A stretch of DNA of 20,000 bases from an uncultured virus (IMG/VR IMGVR_UViG_3300042691_006655) (Duplodnaviria > Heunggongvirae > Uroviricota > Caudoviricetes): the IMG/VR virus record IMGVR_UViG_3300042691_006655; one strand, given 5' to 3'. A model generated the notes under the pieces. The model saw only the letters and a program-made list of their open reading frames with translations. It made no database searches and was not told the origin of the DNA. How positions within the stretch are numbered: position 1 is the stretch's first letter; the number at the start of each line of letters is the position of its first letter. Both the position numbers and the translations under genes were made by a program. This document shows positions 1 through 8,756 of the stretch, in pieces.

Positions 1-2
1 CT

Positions 3-728
3 TCTATAATCTTCTTGTATATTTTTAACGCTACCAGAAAGTGGTAGTGAATCTCTTGTATAAGAATCATAAACAAATTTCTGATAAGTATTGCCTACAT
101 ATAAAGATTCTAAAGAACAATAATAAAACCCATCTCTATTTTCAAAAAAAACATAACTTGGAGATCTATTAGCGTTGGTTGATAAGGAAGTTAAATAATT
201 TAAATTTTTAAAAGGTGACCAGAAATTTGAAATATATTTGGTGCTATTATTAGTAGGTTCTATAAAAACTTTCTTTTCACTTTCAAGACCAATAGTTTTA
301 TCTTTAATAAATGGCTCTACTAGATTAGATATTTTATCCCCAAAAACTCTACTAATTTTTTTATTTAAATCTACTATGGCTTCTGCAGATATAAAATGCA
401 TCTGATAAACTACGTTTTTATTTCCTATTAGTTCTCTGTCAGTAATTTTATAAATGTAATATCTACCTTTTATACCAGCTTTTTCTAATGTTGGTGTAGT
501 TATTTCAAGATCGATATACTCTTCACCTATAAATGGGAAAAGATTAATATAATCTAATGATTCTTTAAGTATTATAGAACCAGTTATAAATGGTGAAAAT
601 AAATCTTCATAATATTGAATGTTAATAATTTGAGCAGATATATCCTGAAAGAAGCCATTAGATGTTATAATTCTGGCTTTATCTACACTAACATCACCAG
701 CGAAACGTAAGATCTTACTAGATTTCAT
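3..728 (-). CDS. T4-like baseplate hub / tail protein (gp27-like), 5' part only; runs off the window
   Basis: Not in the ORF track. ATG at 728 overlaps the gp53 stop. Manual translation MKSSKILRFAGDVSVDKARIITSNGFFQDISAQIINIQYYEDLFSPFITGSIILKESLDY...YVFFENRDGFYYCSLESL is open to the window edge. The 'YEDLFSPFITG' and 'FFENRDGF' motifs resemble hub proteins found downstream of gp53 in T4-like phages. Confidence 0.7.
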   Translation of the reverse strand, partial: MKSSKILRFAGDVSVDKARIITSNGFFQDISAQIINIQYYEDLFSPFITGSIILKESLDYINLFPFIGEEYIDLEITTPTLEKAGIKGRYYIYKITDRELIGNKNVVYQMHFISAEAIVDLNKKISRVFGDKISNLVEPFIKDKTIGLESEKKVFIEPTNNSTKYISNFWSPFKNLNYLTSLSTNANRSPSYVFFENRDGFYYCSLESLYVGNTYQKFVYDSYTRDSLPLSGSVKNIQEDYR

Positions 729-1219
729 TATAAAATATCTTTATACTCATTTAAAATAGTGTTGATTAACTTTGCAGAAATAATTTTTATTCTTCTTTTA
801 GATTCATTTATTCTTCTCTCATATTGTTCATTTGATACAGAAGTGGCACCTGGAGCATCTGAGTTTACTACATAACCTTGTGCGTTTTCATAATGATGTA
901 CTCCTGACACATTTGTACCATAAACAGATTGAATGTGTTTAACTAATGCAACTTCTTCTAAAGGAAAATCAGTAATATAATCATACCTATCATTGGCTAA
1001 CATTAATATCCAATGATACTGTGGGTTTCCATAAATTTTTTCAGCAATTATTTCTGGTGTTTCGCCATCTATAATATCATAGTAATCATATAAAGTTATA
1101 TTTGATAACAATTCTTTTCTAAAACGTACATTCGATGTTATATCTTTAACTATGCTAGTTTTGACTTGGTTTCCGTATTTAAAATCATAAAGAAACTTTG
1201 GAAATTTATCAAAATACAT
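728..1219 (-). CDS. gp53: Baseplate wedge protein gp53
   Basis: MYFDKFP N-terminus, LysM-like 'YDIIDGETPEIIAEKIYGNPQYHWILMLAND', 'HHYE' and 'YERRINESKRRIKII' motifs; adjacent to gp48. Confidence 0.9.
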   Translation of the reverse strand: MYFDKFPKFLYDFKYGNQVKTSIVKDITSNVRFRKELLSNITLYDYYDIIDGETPEIIAEKIYGNPQYHWILMLANDRYDYITDFPLEEVALVKHIQSVYGTNVSGVHHYENAQGYVVNSDAPGATSVSNEQYERRINESKRRIKIISAKLINTILNEYKDIL

Positions 1220-2388
1220 TATAGACCATCCTTAATCTTATCTTTGGTGAGAAGAGCAAGCTCTCTAAATTGCAATGTTATATTGATTTGAGTAGGCATT
1301 CCATCAGGGAAAGTTGTAAAGTTACCATTTGGAGTATAATTAACACTCATTTCTGTTAATACGCACGAAGTGTGACGATGAAGATTTAAATTCTCACTAC
1401 CACCAGTATAATAGAATATGTCAAACTCAGAAGGATATATGTAAATAAAATTATTTGTATCTTTAAATTCTGGGTGCATATGATACTTAAATTCTTGTAT
1501 AATTCTTAATACATTATTAGACTCATCAGAATTTCTTGGGTAGAACTGATAATCAAAAGAAAATGTTCTAAAATCTACACCTTTAAACACCTGTTCTTTT
1601 TTAGGGTTTGCTGCTAATCCCAATGCAGCTGAGTTTGCTCCTGCGTTTGGTCCTTTTGATAATGCCAAGTTAGCAATAATTGCCTGTCCGACACCAGTCA
1701 CATCAGCTTTTTTATCTTTATCTAATGCCTTCATTATTTCACCAACACCTGCTTGAGCCATCGCTAAACCAGCAGTATCTTCTTCAGAATAAGTGACGCC
1801 ATATCTAATTTGTAATTGATTTGGTACGTGCATGGCAATAGCAGTTTTTAATCTTTTTTGAGATCTAACAGCATCTGGAGCCATCGTCGCTGCAGCCATT
1901 AATCCTACAGTAGAAATATTAGCAATAGCAGCACCTTTAGCTGCACCACCGATATTACCAGAAAGAAGACCTCCACCAGCTGCTCCAGCAATGGTATTAA
2001 GAGTTGCGTTAGCACCTACTAAAGAACCAGTAGCACCACCTGTAAATTTTTGAGCGATTAAATCGCCACGATCTCTGGCTGGAAAATCTGCCACGAAATC
2101 TTGTTCGGTTAAAGATTTTGCTAGTTTAGAATCTGTAGCTATATTAATATAGAAAATAACATAATGACCACCATACCTATTGTCGTCAGACATAAGATCA
2201 GAAGGGTACATATAATTATTAACAGAATATTTTCCACCATCGAATTGATCCTTTTTACCACGAATAAACTGTTGTTCTAATGGAGTTCCTTTTTGACTAA
2301 TTCTATTGACTAGCTGTTTACCACTCTCTGAAACTCTACTAATAGTAGGTTTAGCAGCTTCAACGGCTCTGTCCCATATGTTTTGCAT
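1219..2388 (-). CDS. gp48: Baseplate tail-tube cap gp48
   Basis: 'NPKKEQVFKGVDFRTFSFDYQFYPRN', 'YPSEFDI', 'CVLTEMSVNYTPNG' and 'PTQINITLQFREL' are typical gp48 motifs. Confidence 0.9.
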   Translation of the reverse strand: MQNIWDRAVEAAKPTISRVSESGKQLVNRISQKGTPLEQQFIRGKKDQFDGGKYSVNNYMYPSDLMSDDNRYGGHYVIFYINIATDSKLAKSLTEQDFVADFPARDRGDLIAQKFTGGATGSLVGANATLNTIAGAAGGGLLSGNIGGAAKGAAIANISTVGLMAAATMAPDAVRSQKRLKTAIAMHVPNQLQIRYGVTYSEEDTAGLAMAQAGVGEIMKALDKDKKADVTGVGQAIIANLALSKGPNAGANSAALGLAANPKKEQVFKGVDFRTFSFDYQFYPRNSDESNNVLRIIQEFKYHMHPEFKDTNNFIYIYPSEFDIFYYTGGSENLNLHRHTSCVLTEMSVNYTPNGNFTTFPDGMPTQINITLQFRELALLTKDKIKDGL

Positions 2389-2401
2389 TTCTGTTCCTTA
2401 A

Positions 2402-2440
2402 CTAAATAAATGTGGTTATTTATTTCTAACTCTTATTTAT
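2402..2440. promoter_or_regulatory. Divergent T4-like late promoter boxes: CTAAATA (+, 2402-2408) and ATAAATA (-, 2417-2423 and 2434-2440)
   Basis: Variants of the T4 gp55 late consensus TATAAATA lie on both strands in the short gp48/gp4 divergent intergenic region. Confidence 0.55.
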
Positions 2441-2870
2441 GTTCCATAAAAGAAAGTTTATTCCTTTATTTCCAGAGAAATATGCTGGAGACCCCACAAA
2501 CATCATTATGAGATCTAGTTGGGAAACTAGATTTGCCTCCTGGTGTGATAAAAACACGTCTATTGTTAAGTGGAGTTCTGAGGAAACCGTAATTCCATAT
2601 AGATGTCCTACTGATAATTACATCCACAGATATTTTGTAGATTTTAAAATAACAACAAATACACAAAAAACGTACTTGGTAGAAGTTAAACCTCAAAAAC
2701 AAACTATTCCACCTGTATTTCCAGGAAAACAGACTCAAAGATATCTGTTAGAATCATTAACATTTTTAAAAAATCAGGCGAAATGGGAAGCTGCTAAAAA
2801 ATATGCAAAAGATAGGGGTTGGGAGTTTAAAATTATAACCGAACACGAGTTAGGTATAGCACCTAAATAA
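2439..2870 (+). CDS. gp4: Head completion nuclease gp4 (TnsA-like endonuclease fold)
   Basis: 'KYAGDPTNIIMRSSWE', 'WSSEETVIPY', 'HRYFVDF', 'LVEVKP' and 'NQAKWEAA' motifs. Confidence 0.93.
   Translation: MFHKRKFIPLFPEKYAGDPTNIIMRSSWETRFASWCDKNTSIVKWSSEETVIPYRCPTDNYIHRYFVDFKITTNTQKTYLVEVKPQKQTIPPVFPGKQTQRYLLESLTFLKNQAKWEAAKKYAKDRGWEFKIITEHELGIAPK
2863..2869 (+). promoter_or_regulatory. Late promoter box CTAAATA just upstream of gp2
   Basis: Motif lies 6 nt before the gp2 ATG and overlaps the gp4 stop. Confidence 0.45.
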
Positions 2871-2875
2871 CTAAT

Positions 2876-3490
2876 ATGGCTATACCTAAACCTAAAGAAT
2901 CAATGTTAGATGTATTCGAACGAAACAAATATGACTTAACTACTGTTGTTAGAAAGTCTAGAGGTTGGTTCGAACAGCAGGTTAATTTGTTAACCAAGCA
3001 GCAGCTCACTCCAGGAAAAGTATTAAATGGCAATCCAGAACAATTGGTGACTAAAATTATGCCTGGAAGATTATACATGTTTGTATATGATCCAAAACTT
3101 AAAAAAGAGCTACCATATTATGATAGATTTCCGCTAGTTTTTCCATTTAGTAGAACTGAAGATGGATTTATTGGTTTAAACATGCATTATCTTCCATATC
3201 CTGTTAGAATTAGATTGTTAGATTCTCTATTAACATTTAAAACTAATAATAGAATGGACGAAACTACAAAATTAAAATATTCTTGGCAAGTTATTGATGG
3301 TGTTTCTAAGTTTGCTCCAGCACAGCCTTGTGTTAAAAGATATTTGAGCGGACACATTAGATCTCAATTTAGGCAGGTAGAATCTAATGATTGGGCGACA
3401 GCTATGCTACTCCCAGTTGAAAGATTTGCTGGCGCTAATAAACAAGAAGTATGGGCAGATTCAACTAAAATAATAAGAAGAAACAAATAA
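2876..3490 (+). CDS. gp2: DNA end protector protein gp2
   Basis: 'PGRLYMFVYDPKLKKELPYYDRFPLV', 'GFIGLNMHYLP', 'PCVKRYL' and 'LLPVERF' motifs. Confidence 0.93.
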   Translation: MAIPKPKESMLDVFERNKYDLTTVVRKSRGWFEQQVNLLTKQQLTPGKVLNGNPEQLVTKIMPGRLYMFVYDPKLKKELPYYDRFPLVFPFSRTEDGFIGLNMHYLPYPVRIRLLDSLLTFKTNNRMDETTKLKYSWQVIDGVSKFAPAQPCVKRYLSGHIRSQFRQVESNDWATAMLLPVERFAGANKQEVWADSTKIIRRNK

Positions 3491-4179
3491 TGTTAAAAGA
3501 CTTTATAGCAGAAATCAAAAGAGGTGCATTAGCAAGAACTAATCGCTATGCAGTATTATTCGATACGCCAGAAGGTGTAAACTCAGCATCTTTAAGAAAA
3601 ATATTGTTGTTCTGCGATCAAGTTCAATTACCTGGTGTTAATTTTTCAACAGTGCAAAATAGAACATTTGGTGAATTTAGAGAAGTTCCTTATGAGAAAT
3701 TATTTGATAATTTAAATTTATCATTTTACGTAGATCAAGATATGAAGGTTAAATCTATGTTTGATAAATGGATTAACATGATACAAGATCCTTTAACTAG
3801 AAATTTTAATTACTATGATAAATTTATTGCACCAAAATTTGAAATAGAGGTCCAGGATATTAATGACAAAACACGATATCAATTAACATTATGGGAAGCA
3901 TATCCTAAAAATATAGGTTCTATACAATTAGATAACTCAGCTAAAGATATAATGAAGTTAAGTGTAACTATACAATACAAATATTGGACAGCTACTACAG
4001 TTCAACCACTTCCCGATCAACAAAAGATTTCAAATTCTTTAATTGATAAGGCTATAAAAAATTTTACTGGGTTCCAAGAAACATTAAATCAAACCTTAGG
4101 AACTAAAGCAGGAAACGCTATAACTGGATCTGCTTTGACATATGGTATAACAAAATTACCAGGAGCATTAAAGTTCTAA
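3490..4179 (+). CDS. Baseplate tail-tube initiator / tail-tube-fold protein (gp54/gp19-like)
   Basis: 'LARTNRYAV', 'CDQVQLPG', 'FYVDQD...FDKWINMI', 'EAYPKNIGSIQLD' and 'KLSVTIQYKYW' match the T4 tail tube family. Confidence 0.8.
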   Translation: MLKDFIAEIKRGALARTNRYAVLFDTPEGVNSASLRKILLFCDQVQLPGVNFSTVQNRTFGEFREVPYEKLFDNLNLSFYVDQDMKVKSMFDKWINMIQDPLTRNFNYYDKFIAPKFEIEVQDINDKTRYQLTLWEAYPKNIGSIQLDNSAKDIMKLSVTIQYKYWTATTVQPLPDQQKISNSLIDKAIKNFTGFQETLNQTLGTKAGNAITGSALTYGITKLPGALKF

Positions 4180-4186
4180 ATGTTCA

Positions 4187-4193
4187 ATAAATA
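4187..4193 (+). promoter_or_regulatory. Late promoter box ATAAATA upstream of gp16
   Basis: Intergenic ATAAATA followed by AGGA (RBS) and the ATG at 4203. Confidence 0.5.
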
Positions 4194-4202
4194 GGAATTA
4201 CT

Positions 4203-4616
4203 ATGAAAATTGATGAAACATTATCTGAAGTTTTTGACGTGCAGCCAATGACCAAAACTGAAATTGTTGATAAGACTGGAAACATTATTCCAGAAGTTAA
4301 TAATAAAGTTGAAGACGATTACGAAATAACAAGAAATAATTTAAGAGTTATATTACAGCAGGGACAAGAAGCTCTACAAAAATCCCTAGATGTTGCGATG
4401 CAATCAGAACACCCAAGAGCATTTGAGGTTGTTGGGAATCTTATGAAACAACTTGCTGACGTAAATCAACAGTTACTAGATTTACATATGCAAAAACAAA
4501 AATTAGATGCACCTAAAGAATCGTCTAAAAAAGAAGTGACTAATAACAATGCTATCTTTGTAGGTAGCACTGCTGAGTTGAATAAGTTAATCAAGAATAT
4601 GTCTAAAGGAGATTGA
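4203..4616 (+). CDS. gp16: Terminase small subunit gp16
   Basis: 'DYEITRNNL', 'SEHPRAFEVVGNLMK' and 'VTNNNAIFVGSTAEL' are T4-like gp16 motifs. Confidence 0.88.
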   Translation: MKIDETLSEVFDVQPMTKTEIVDKTGNIIPEVNNKVEDDYEITRNNLRVILQQGQEALQKSLDVAMQSEHPRAFEVVGNLMKQLADVNQQLLDLHMQKQKLDAPKESSKKEVTNNNAIFVGSTAELNKLIKNMSKGD

Positions 4617-4617
4617 T

Positions 4618-5340
4618 ATGGCATTACCTATTATGAGCACCCCAACCTATACAATGATTGTTCCATCAAGTGGACAACCAGTTAAGTATAGACCATTTTT
4701 AGTTAAAGAAGAAAAGGCTCTATTAATAGCACAGCAATCAGAAGATTTATCTACAATGGTAGAAACCCTAAAGGGGGTTGTTAAATCTTGTGTGCAAGAC
4801 AACATTGATGTTGAAAAATTAGCTACGTTTGATTTAGAGTATATGTTTACTCAAATTCGTGGAAAATCTGTAGGAGAAACTGTTGATTTAATATTCGCTT
4901 GTGATGAAGATCATGGCGAACAAAATGCAAAGGCAAGATCAACAGTAACTATTGACTTAACTACATTAGTGGTAGATAAATCACCAGACCATACAAATAA
5001 AATTCAATTATTTGACGATGTAGGTGTTATTATGAAGTACCCTACAGTAGATATTATTAAAAAACTTGAGGGTATTAACACTGAAGATTTAGACAAAGTG
5101 TTTGATATTATGGCGTTATCTATTGATTACATTTATAAGTCAGATGAAATTTTTTATAGCAAAGAACAAACACATAATGATTTGGTACAATTTATTGGCA
5201 ATTTAACATCTGATCAGTTTTTAAAAATTCAGAAGTTTTTTGAAACTATGCCAAAAATTAAGAAACAGATAGAATACAATTGTCCAGTTTGCGGAAAACA
5301 CCATGTTAAGGTGTTGGAGGGTCTCCAGAATTTTTTTTAG
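4618..5340 (+). CDS. gp26: Baseplate hub assembly protein gp26
   Basis: 'MALP...YRPFLVKEEKALL', 'FDLEYMFTQIRGKSVGE', 'MKYPT', 'FFETMPK' and C-terminal 'CPVCG...LEGLQNFF' motifs. Confidence 0.9.
   Translation: MALPIMSTPTYTMIVPSSGQPVKYRPFLVKEEKALLIAQQSEDLSTMVETLKGVVKSCVQDNIDVEKLATFDLEYMFTQIRGKSVGETVDLIFACDEDHGEQNAKARSTVTIDLTTLVVDKSPDHTNKIQLFDDVGVIMKYPTVDIIKKLEGINTEDLDKVFDIMALSIDYIYKSDEIFYSKEQTHNDLVQFIGNLTSDQFLKIQKFFETMPKIKKQIEYNCPVCGKHHVKVLEGLQNFF
5331..5338 (+). other. Putative -1 ribosomal frameshift slippery site (T8 run; AAT TTT TTT TAG)
   Basis: The last two sense codons of gp26 form T TTT TTT directly before TAG, and the -1 frame is open into the gp51-like sequence. Confidence 0.6.
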
Positions 5341-5525
5341 TATTACTCAGTCATGAGGCATTAGAGAATTATTATAAAATGAATTTCTCTCTGATGCAAT
5401 ATCACAAATATTCGTTGGCTGAGTTAGAAGAAATGATACCATTTGAAAGAGAGGTATATGTATACATGTTGATACAATATCTCGAAGAAGAAAAGAAAAG
5501 AATAGAATCTAAAACGAGGGTATAA
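5331..5525 (+). CDS. gp51: Baseplate hub assembly catalyst gp51-like; probably the -1 frameshift extension of gp26 (first in-frame ATG at 5379)
   Basis: Not in the ORF track. The frame reads FFLVLLSHEALENYYKMNFSLMQYHKYSLAELEEMIPFEREVYVYMLIQYLEEEKKRIESKTRV*. The stop TAA at 5523-5525 overlaps the next ATG. Confidence 0.85.
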   Translation, partial: FFLVLLSHEALENYYKMNFSLMQYHKYSLAELEEMIPFEREVYVYMLIQYLEEEKKRIESKTRV

Positions 5526-7531
5526 TGACAGTTATAACTGCATCACCAAAAGGTTTCAATAGAATGCTAGAATTACAAGAGCAGGCTAATGTTCATTTAA
5601 TGACCATGGCAAAAGTTCTTGAAACTATGAAGTCTGTTGATATGGCTGCACTAATAGAGACTAAAAAACTTGAAAATAATAACAAAGCAAATTTAGAAAA
5701 TGCAGATAAAAGTCTAAAAATACAAAATGAACAGCTAAAACTTGAAAAACAAAGTTTAACATCTCAAAGAGATCTTATAAAATCTTTAAAAGATCAAGAT
5801 AGAATTAGATCAAAAGAATCTGAGGCTATTAAAAATATAGCAGAGAGCATGGAAACTTTTAAAACCATGGGTGATAAGTTAGAAGAAATTAAAAAAGGAT
5901 TTAAAGAAAAATTTAGTGCCCAAGGAATAAGAGAAGGTTTACTTAACAAACTTAATATTGGTGGCATTTTTAATAAAGCATTATCTCGTGAAAAATTCAT
6001 TAAACAACAAAAAGCATTGGGATCAGAAAAATCTAGATCTGAACTCAAACAAGATTTTGAAGGTGCTCAAAAAGCATCCAAAGATATAAAGAAAAATGAA
6101 AAAGAATTAGCCGAATACAAGAAAGTAACTGGATTATCTGATTCTGAACTAGCAAAAACAAAAGAAGGTAAACGATTACTTGCAAAAAGACAAGAATCTA
6201 CCGATGAGTATGCAAAATATGATAAACGTGCTGAACTCGTAAGACAAGAGAATCCATCTTTTAAACCTCTTGATAAAAATACTGATCTCATTAAGAAAGA
6301 AACGCCAACTCAATTACATGCTGATAAAAGTGAACAAGAAGAAACTATGCTTGAACAAAACAAGATGGTTGGTGAACAAACAGATTTACTTAAAGCAATT
6401 GCTGAGAATACTGGTGGTGAAAAGAAAGATACTACAAGAACAAAACCAAAAGAAGAACAGAAAGATACTGGTGGCGGGGGGCTATTAGGTAAGTTAATGG
6501 GTGGTGGTGGAATGGGTAAGGCTCTTAGCTCGCTGAAAGATTTTGGTATTGGTATTGTTTTGGTCGCTGGTGGACTTTGGGTAGCATCTAAGGCATTTAA
6601 AAGTTTTGGAGATGTTGAGTGGGATGATGTTGGCAAAGGTGTAGTTGTTTTAGGTGCACTCGTTGCTGCTGCAGTAGGACTGGATAAAATGAAAGGATCA
6701 ATATTAAAAGGTGCTTTCGTTTTAGGTGCTTTATCTTTAGCAACATATGGTATTAGTCAAGTATTTAAAACATTCTCCGAACTAGATTGGGAAACTATCG
6801 GTAAGGGAATGACAGCGATCGCTGGGTTGGGTGTAATTGGCGCATTAGCTGGAGCTGCTGCACCATTATTATTAAAAGGTGCTCTAGCAATGGGTGCTTT
6901 AGGTGGTGCTTTGTGGGTTATTGGCGAAGCAATGCAAGCTGTCGGACAAGGATTTCAAGACTTAACAGATGGTCTTGAAAGATTATCTCAATTAGATGGT
7001 GGTAATCTATTAAAAGTTGCTGGTGGGGTACTTGCTCTAAGTGGTGCTATGGTAGCATTTGGTGCTTCTCAAGCAGTTGCTGGTGTTGGTAATCTTGTTG
7101 GTAGATTACTAACGATTGGAACAGATTCTCCAGTTGATCAACTAATAAAAATTGGTGACAGAGGAGAAGGAATAGAAAAAGCAGCAAATGGCATGGAAAA
7201 ATTAGGTTCTGCCATGGTTGCTTTTAATAAAGTAGATAAAAAATCAATGGATGTTGTTAATGACTTCCCATGGCTAAAGGCTACAGCATTTGCTGCAGCA
7301 GGTGGTGCTATGCAAGTTGATGGAGTTAAAGTATACAACGCATCAAAGGGTAATGCCGATGAAAATGCTAAGACAGAAGTAGCAAAAGGTGGTAATACAA
7401 ATGTCGTTAACGCACCAGTAAATAATGTCACTAGACAAACCAATATAATAAAACCTGCTATTAGAAATAGAGAATCCACTCAGGCAAAAGTTCAATGGGA
7501 ACGAATGGGTGGTGGTGGCAATAATTTCTAA
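5525..7531 (+). CDS. Tape-measure-like tail length / baseplate hub protein (gp29-like)
   Basis: Lys/Glu-rich coiled-coil N-terminal half; Gly/Ala-rich amphipathic repeats (FKSFGDVEWDDVGKG / FKTFSELDWETIGKG); C-terminal 'NTNVVNAPVNNV'; positioned after gp26/gp51. Confidence 0.7.
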   Translation: MTVITASPKGFNRMLELQEQANVHLMTMAKVLETMKSVDMAALIETKKLENNNKANLENADKSLKIQNEQLKLEKQSLTSQRDLIKSLKDQDRIRSKESEAIKNIAESMETFKTMGDKLEEIKKGFKEKFSAQGIREGLLNKLNIGGIFNKALSREKFIKQQKALGSEKSRSELKQDFEGAQKASKDIKKNEKELAEYKKVTGLSDSELAKTKEGKRLLAKRQESTDEYAKYDKRAELVRQENPSFKPLDKNTDLIKKETPTQLHADKSEQEETMLEQNKMVGEQTDLLKAIAENTGGEKKDTTRTKPKEEQKDTGGGGLLGKLMGGGGMGKALSSLKDFGIGIVLVAGGLWVASKAFKSFGDVEWDDVGKGVVVLGALVAAAVGLDKMKGSILKGAFVLGALSLATYGISQVFKTFSELDWETIGKGMTAIAGLGVIGALAGAAAPLLLKGALAMGALGGALWVIGEAMQAVGQGFQDLTDGLERLSQLDGGNLLKVAGGVLALSGAMVAFGASQAVAGVGNLVGRLLTIGTDSPVDQLIKIGDRGEGIEKAANGMEKLGSAMVAFNKVDKKSMDVVNDFPWLKATAFAAAGGAMQVDGVKVYNASKGNADENAKTEVAKGGNTNVVNAPVNNVTRQTNIIKPAIRNRESTQAKVQWERMGGGGNNF

Positions 7532-7560
7532 AATAAAAAAGGGGATCTTTTGGATCCCCT
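7531..7560 (-). terminator. Rho-independent terminator for the minus-strand (gp32) transcript, between convergent genes
   Basis: Stem AGGGGATC (7540-7547) / GATCCCCT (7553-7560) with a 5-nt loop. The A-tract at 7531-7540 gives a U-tail on the minus strand. Confidence 0.85.
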
Positions 7561-7596
7561 CAAACTAATAACTCAGGCGAATTGCAGAGTTAGTGT

Positions 7597-8505
7597 TTAA
7601 TCTTCTTTCGCAATCTTCTCGAAATAAGACATAACATCGTCGTCGTCTTCATCTACACTTTTAGGTGTAGGTGCAGGTTTTGATGCAATTTTTGGTGCAG
7701 AAGCAACTGGTCGATCTTCATCCTGAGCAATTTCTGCTGCAGACTTACCAGCAAAAGTATCTCCAGATAAAACTTCATTTAGTTTTTTCTTCAACTCATC
7801 ATAAGATTTGAAATTCTTACGTTCTACAAACTCAGCCAATTTTACCTGTGAGTTTACAATCTTTAGAAGTTGGCTTTCTTCGTCACTAACAGCACATGGT
7901 TCAGTGAAAACTGATTCGTCATAGTTTGCATAACCATCTTTCTTACGCATACGAAGTTTAAAGTTTGCACCTTCCCACAAATCAAAAACATTGACTGGCT
8001 TTTCATCTTCGAAAGTTGGACGTGCTTTGTCCATAATCTTATCAAAGATTTTCTTGCCGAATTTAAACAAGAATACCTTACCTTCATTCTCTGGATGCTT
8101 TGGATCAGACACAACAAGAATGTTGGCAATAAAACTTAGTTTACGCTTTTGTTTACGAGCGATTTCTTTGTTGGCTTCAGAACCAGAGTTCCAGAGTTGA
8201 GTGTTTAGCTCGCCAACAGGATCGTTTTCACCAAGAGTGGTCAAAGAATTCTCAATATACCACTTACCAGTTGGACCTTGGAAACCATGAGAGAAGATAC
8301 GAACCCATGGGAGTTCATCACCTTCTACACGAGGTAGAAAACGAATAGTTGCAGTACCATTACCTGCTTTGTCGCCTTCTAAACGCCAAAAGCGATCGTC
8401 ATTATAGGATTTGGTTTCTGTTTGGGGATTTGCGATTTTCTCGAACTCTCCAGCGATTTTGCTGAAGTCAGAATTGCGCATTTTGCGAAGTGCTTGAATG
8501 TCCAT
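7597..8505 (-). CDS. gp32: Single-stranded DNA-binding protein gp32
   Basis: 'DDRFWRLEGDKAGNGTATIRFLP', 'HGFQGPTGKWYIENSLTT', 'FGKKIFDKI', 'FDLWEGANFKL' and the acidic tail 'DDDDDVMSYFEKIA'. Confidence 0.97.
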   Translation of the reverse strand: MDIQALRKMRNSDFSKIAGEFEKIANPQTETKSYNDDRFWRLEGDKAGNGTATIRFLPRVEGDELPWVRIFSHGFQGPTGKWYIENSLTTLGENDPVGELNTQLWNSGSEANKEIARKQKRKLSFIANILVVSDPKHPENEGKVFLFKFGKKIFDKIMDKARPTFEDEKPVNVFDLWEGANFKLRMRKKDGYANYDESVFTEPCAVSDEESQLLKIVNSQVKLAEFVERKNFKSYDELKKKLNEVLSGDTFAGKSAAEIAQDEDRPVASAPKIASKPAPTPKSVDEDDDDVMSYFEKIAKED

Positions 8506-8531
8506 CGTATTTTCCTTTGTATAAAATTGTA

Positions 8532-8756
8532 TTACGGATTATCGTTTTGTATATGTTGAATTTCGATCTCATCAGTTAGTTCAATATCATCATCAAAGAT
8601 GTCATCATCAAAGTCAATATCTTCTTCAACATAACTATTTAGCGTTTTCATACCTCCACTTTTATGATTATTGGAGTGTTTGGCATGTTTTCCAGTTCGC
8701 CCACTGCTTGACTCGTCGTCATAACGACTAGCCTGTTTTCTATAAGTCTTACCCAT
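8532..8756 (-). CDS. Hypothetical protein (basic N-terminus, very acidic C-terminus)
   Basis: Start overlaps the gp59 stop (TAATG); strongly bipartite charge pattern. Confidence 0.7.
   Translation of the reverse strand: MGKTYRKQASRYDDESSSGRTGKHAKHSNNHKSGGMKTLNSYVEEDIDFDDDIFDDDIELTDEIEIQHIQNDNP

Noticed and set aside
5331..5525. gp26/gp51 as a pseudogene
   Set aside because: Both parts look intact, are likely essential, and end in normal stops coupled to the next gene. Programmed frameshifting or separate initiation is more plausible.
2466..8200. Antisense or alternative-frame ORFs 2466-2738, 2863-3078, 5794-6048, 6067-6291, 6270-6488, 6310-6636, 7138-7479, 7863-8129 and 7991-8200
   Set aside because: They lie within or overlap well-supported genes and show no recognisable motifs.
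8506..8531. T4-style gp32 autoregulatory operator or pseudoknot
   Set aside because: The intergenic region is only 26 nt, and no repeated AT-rich operator or pseudoknot is evident.
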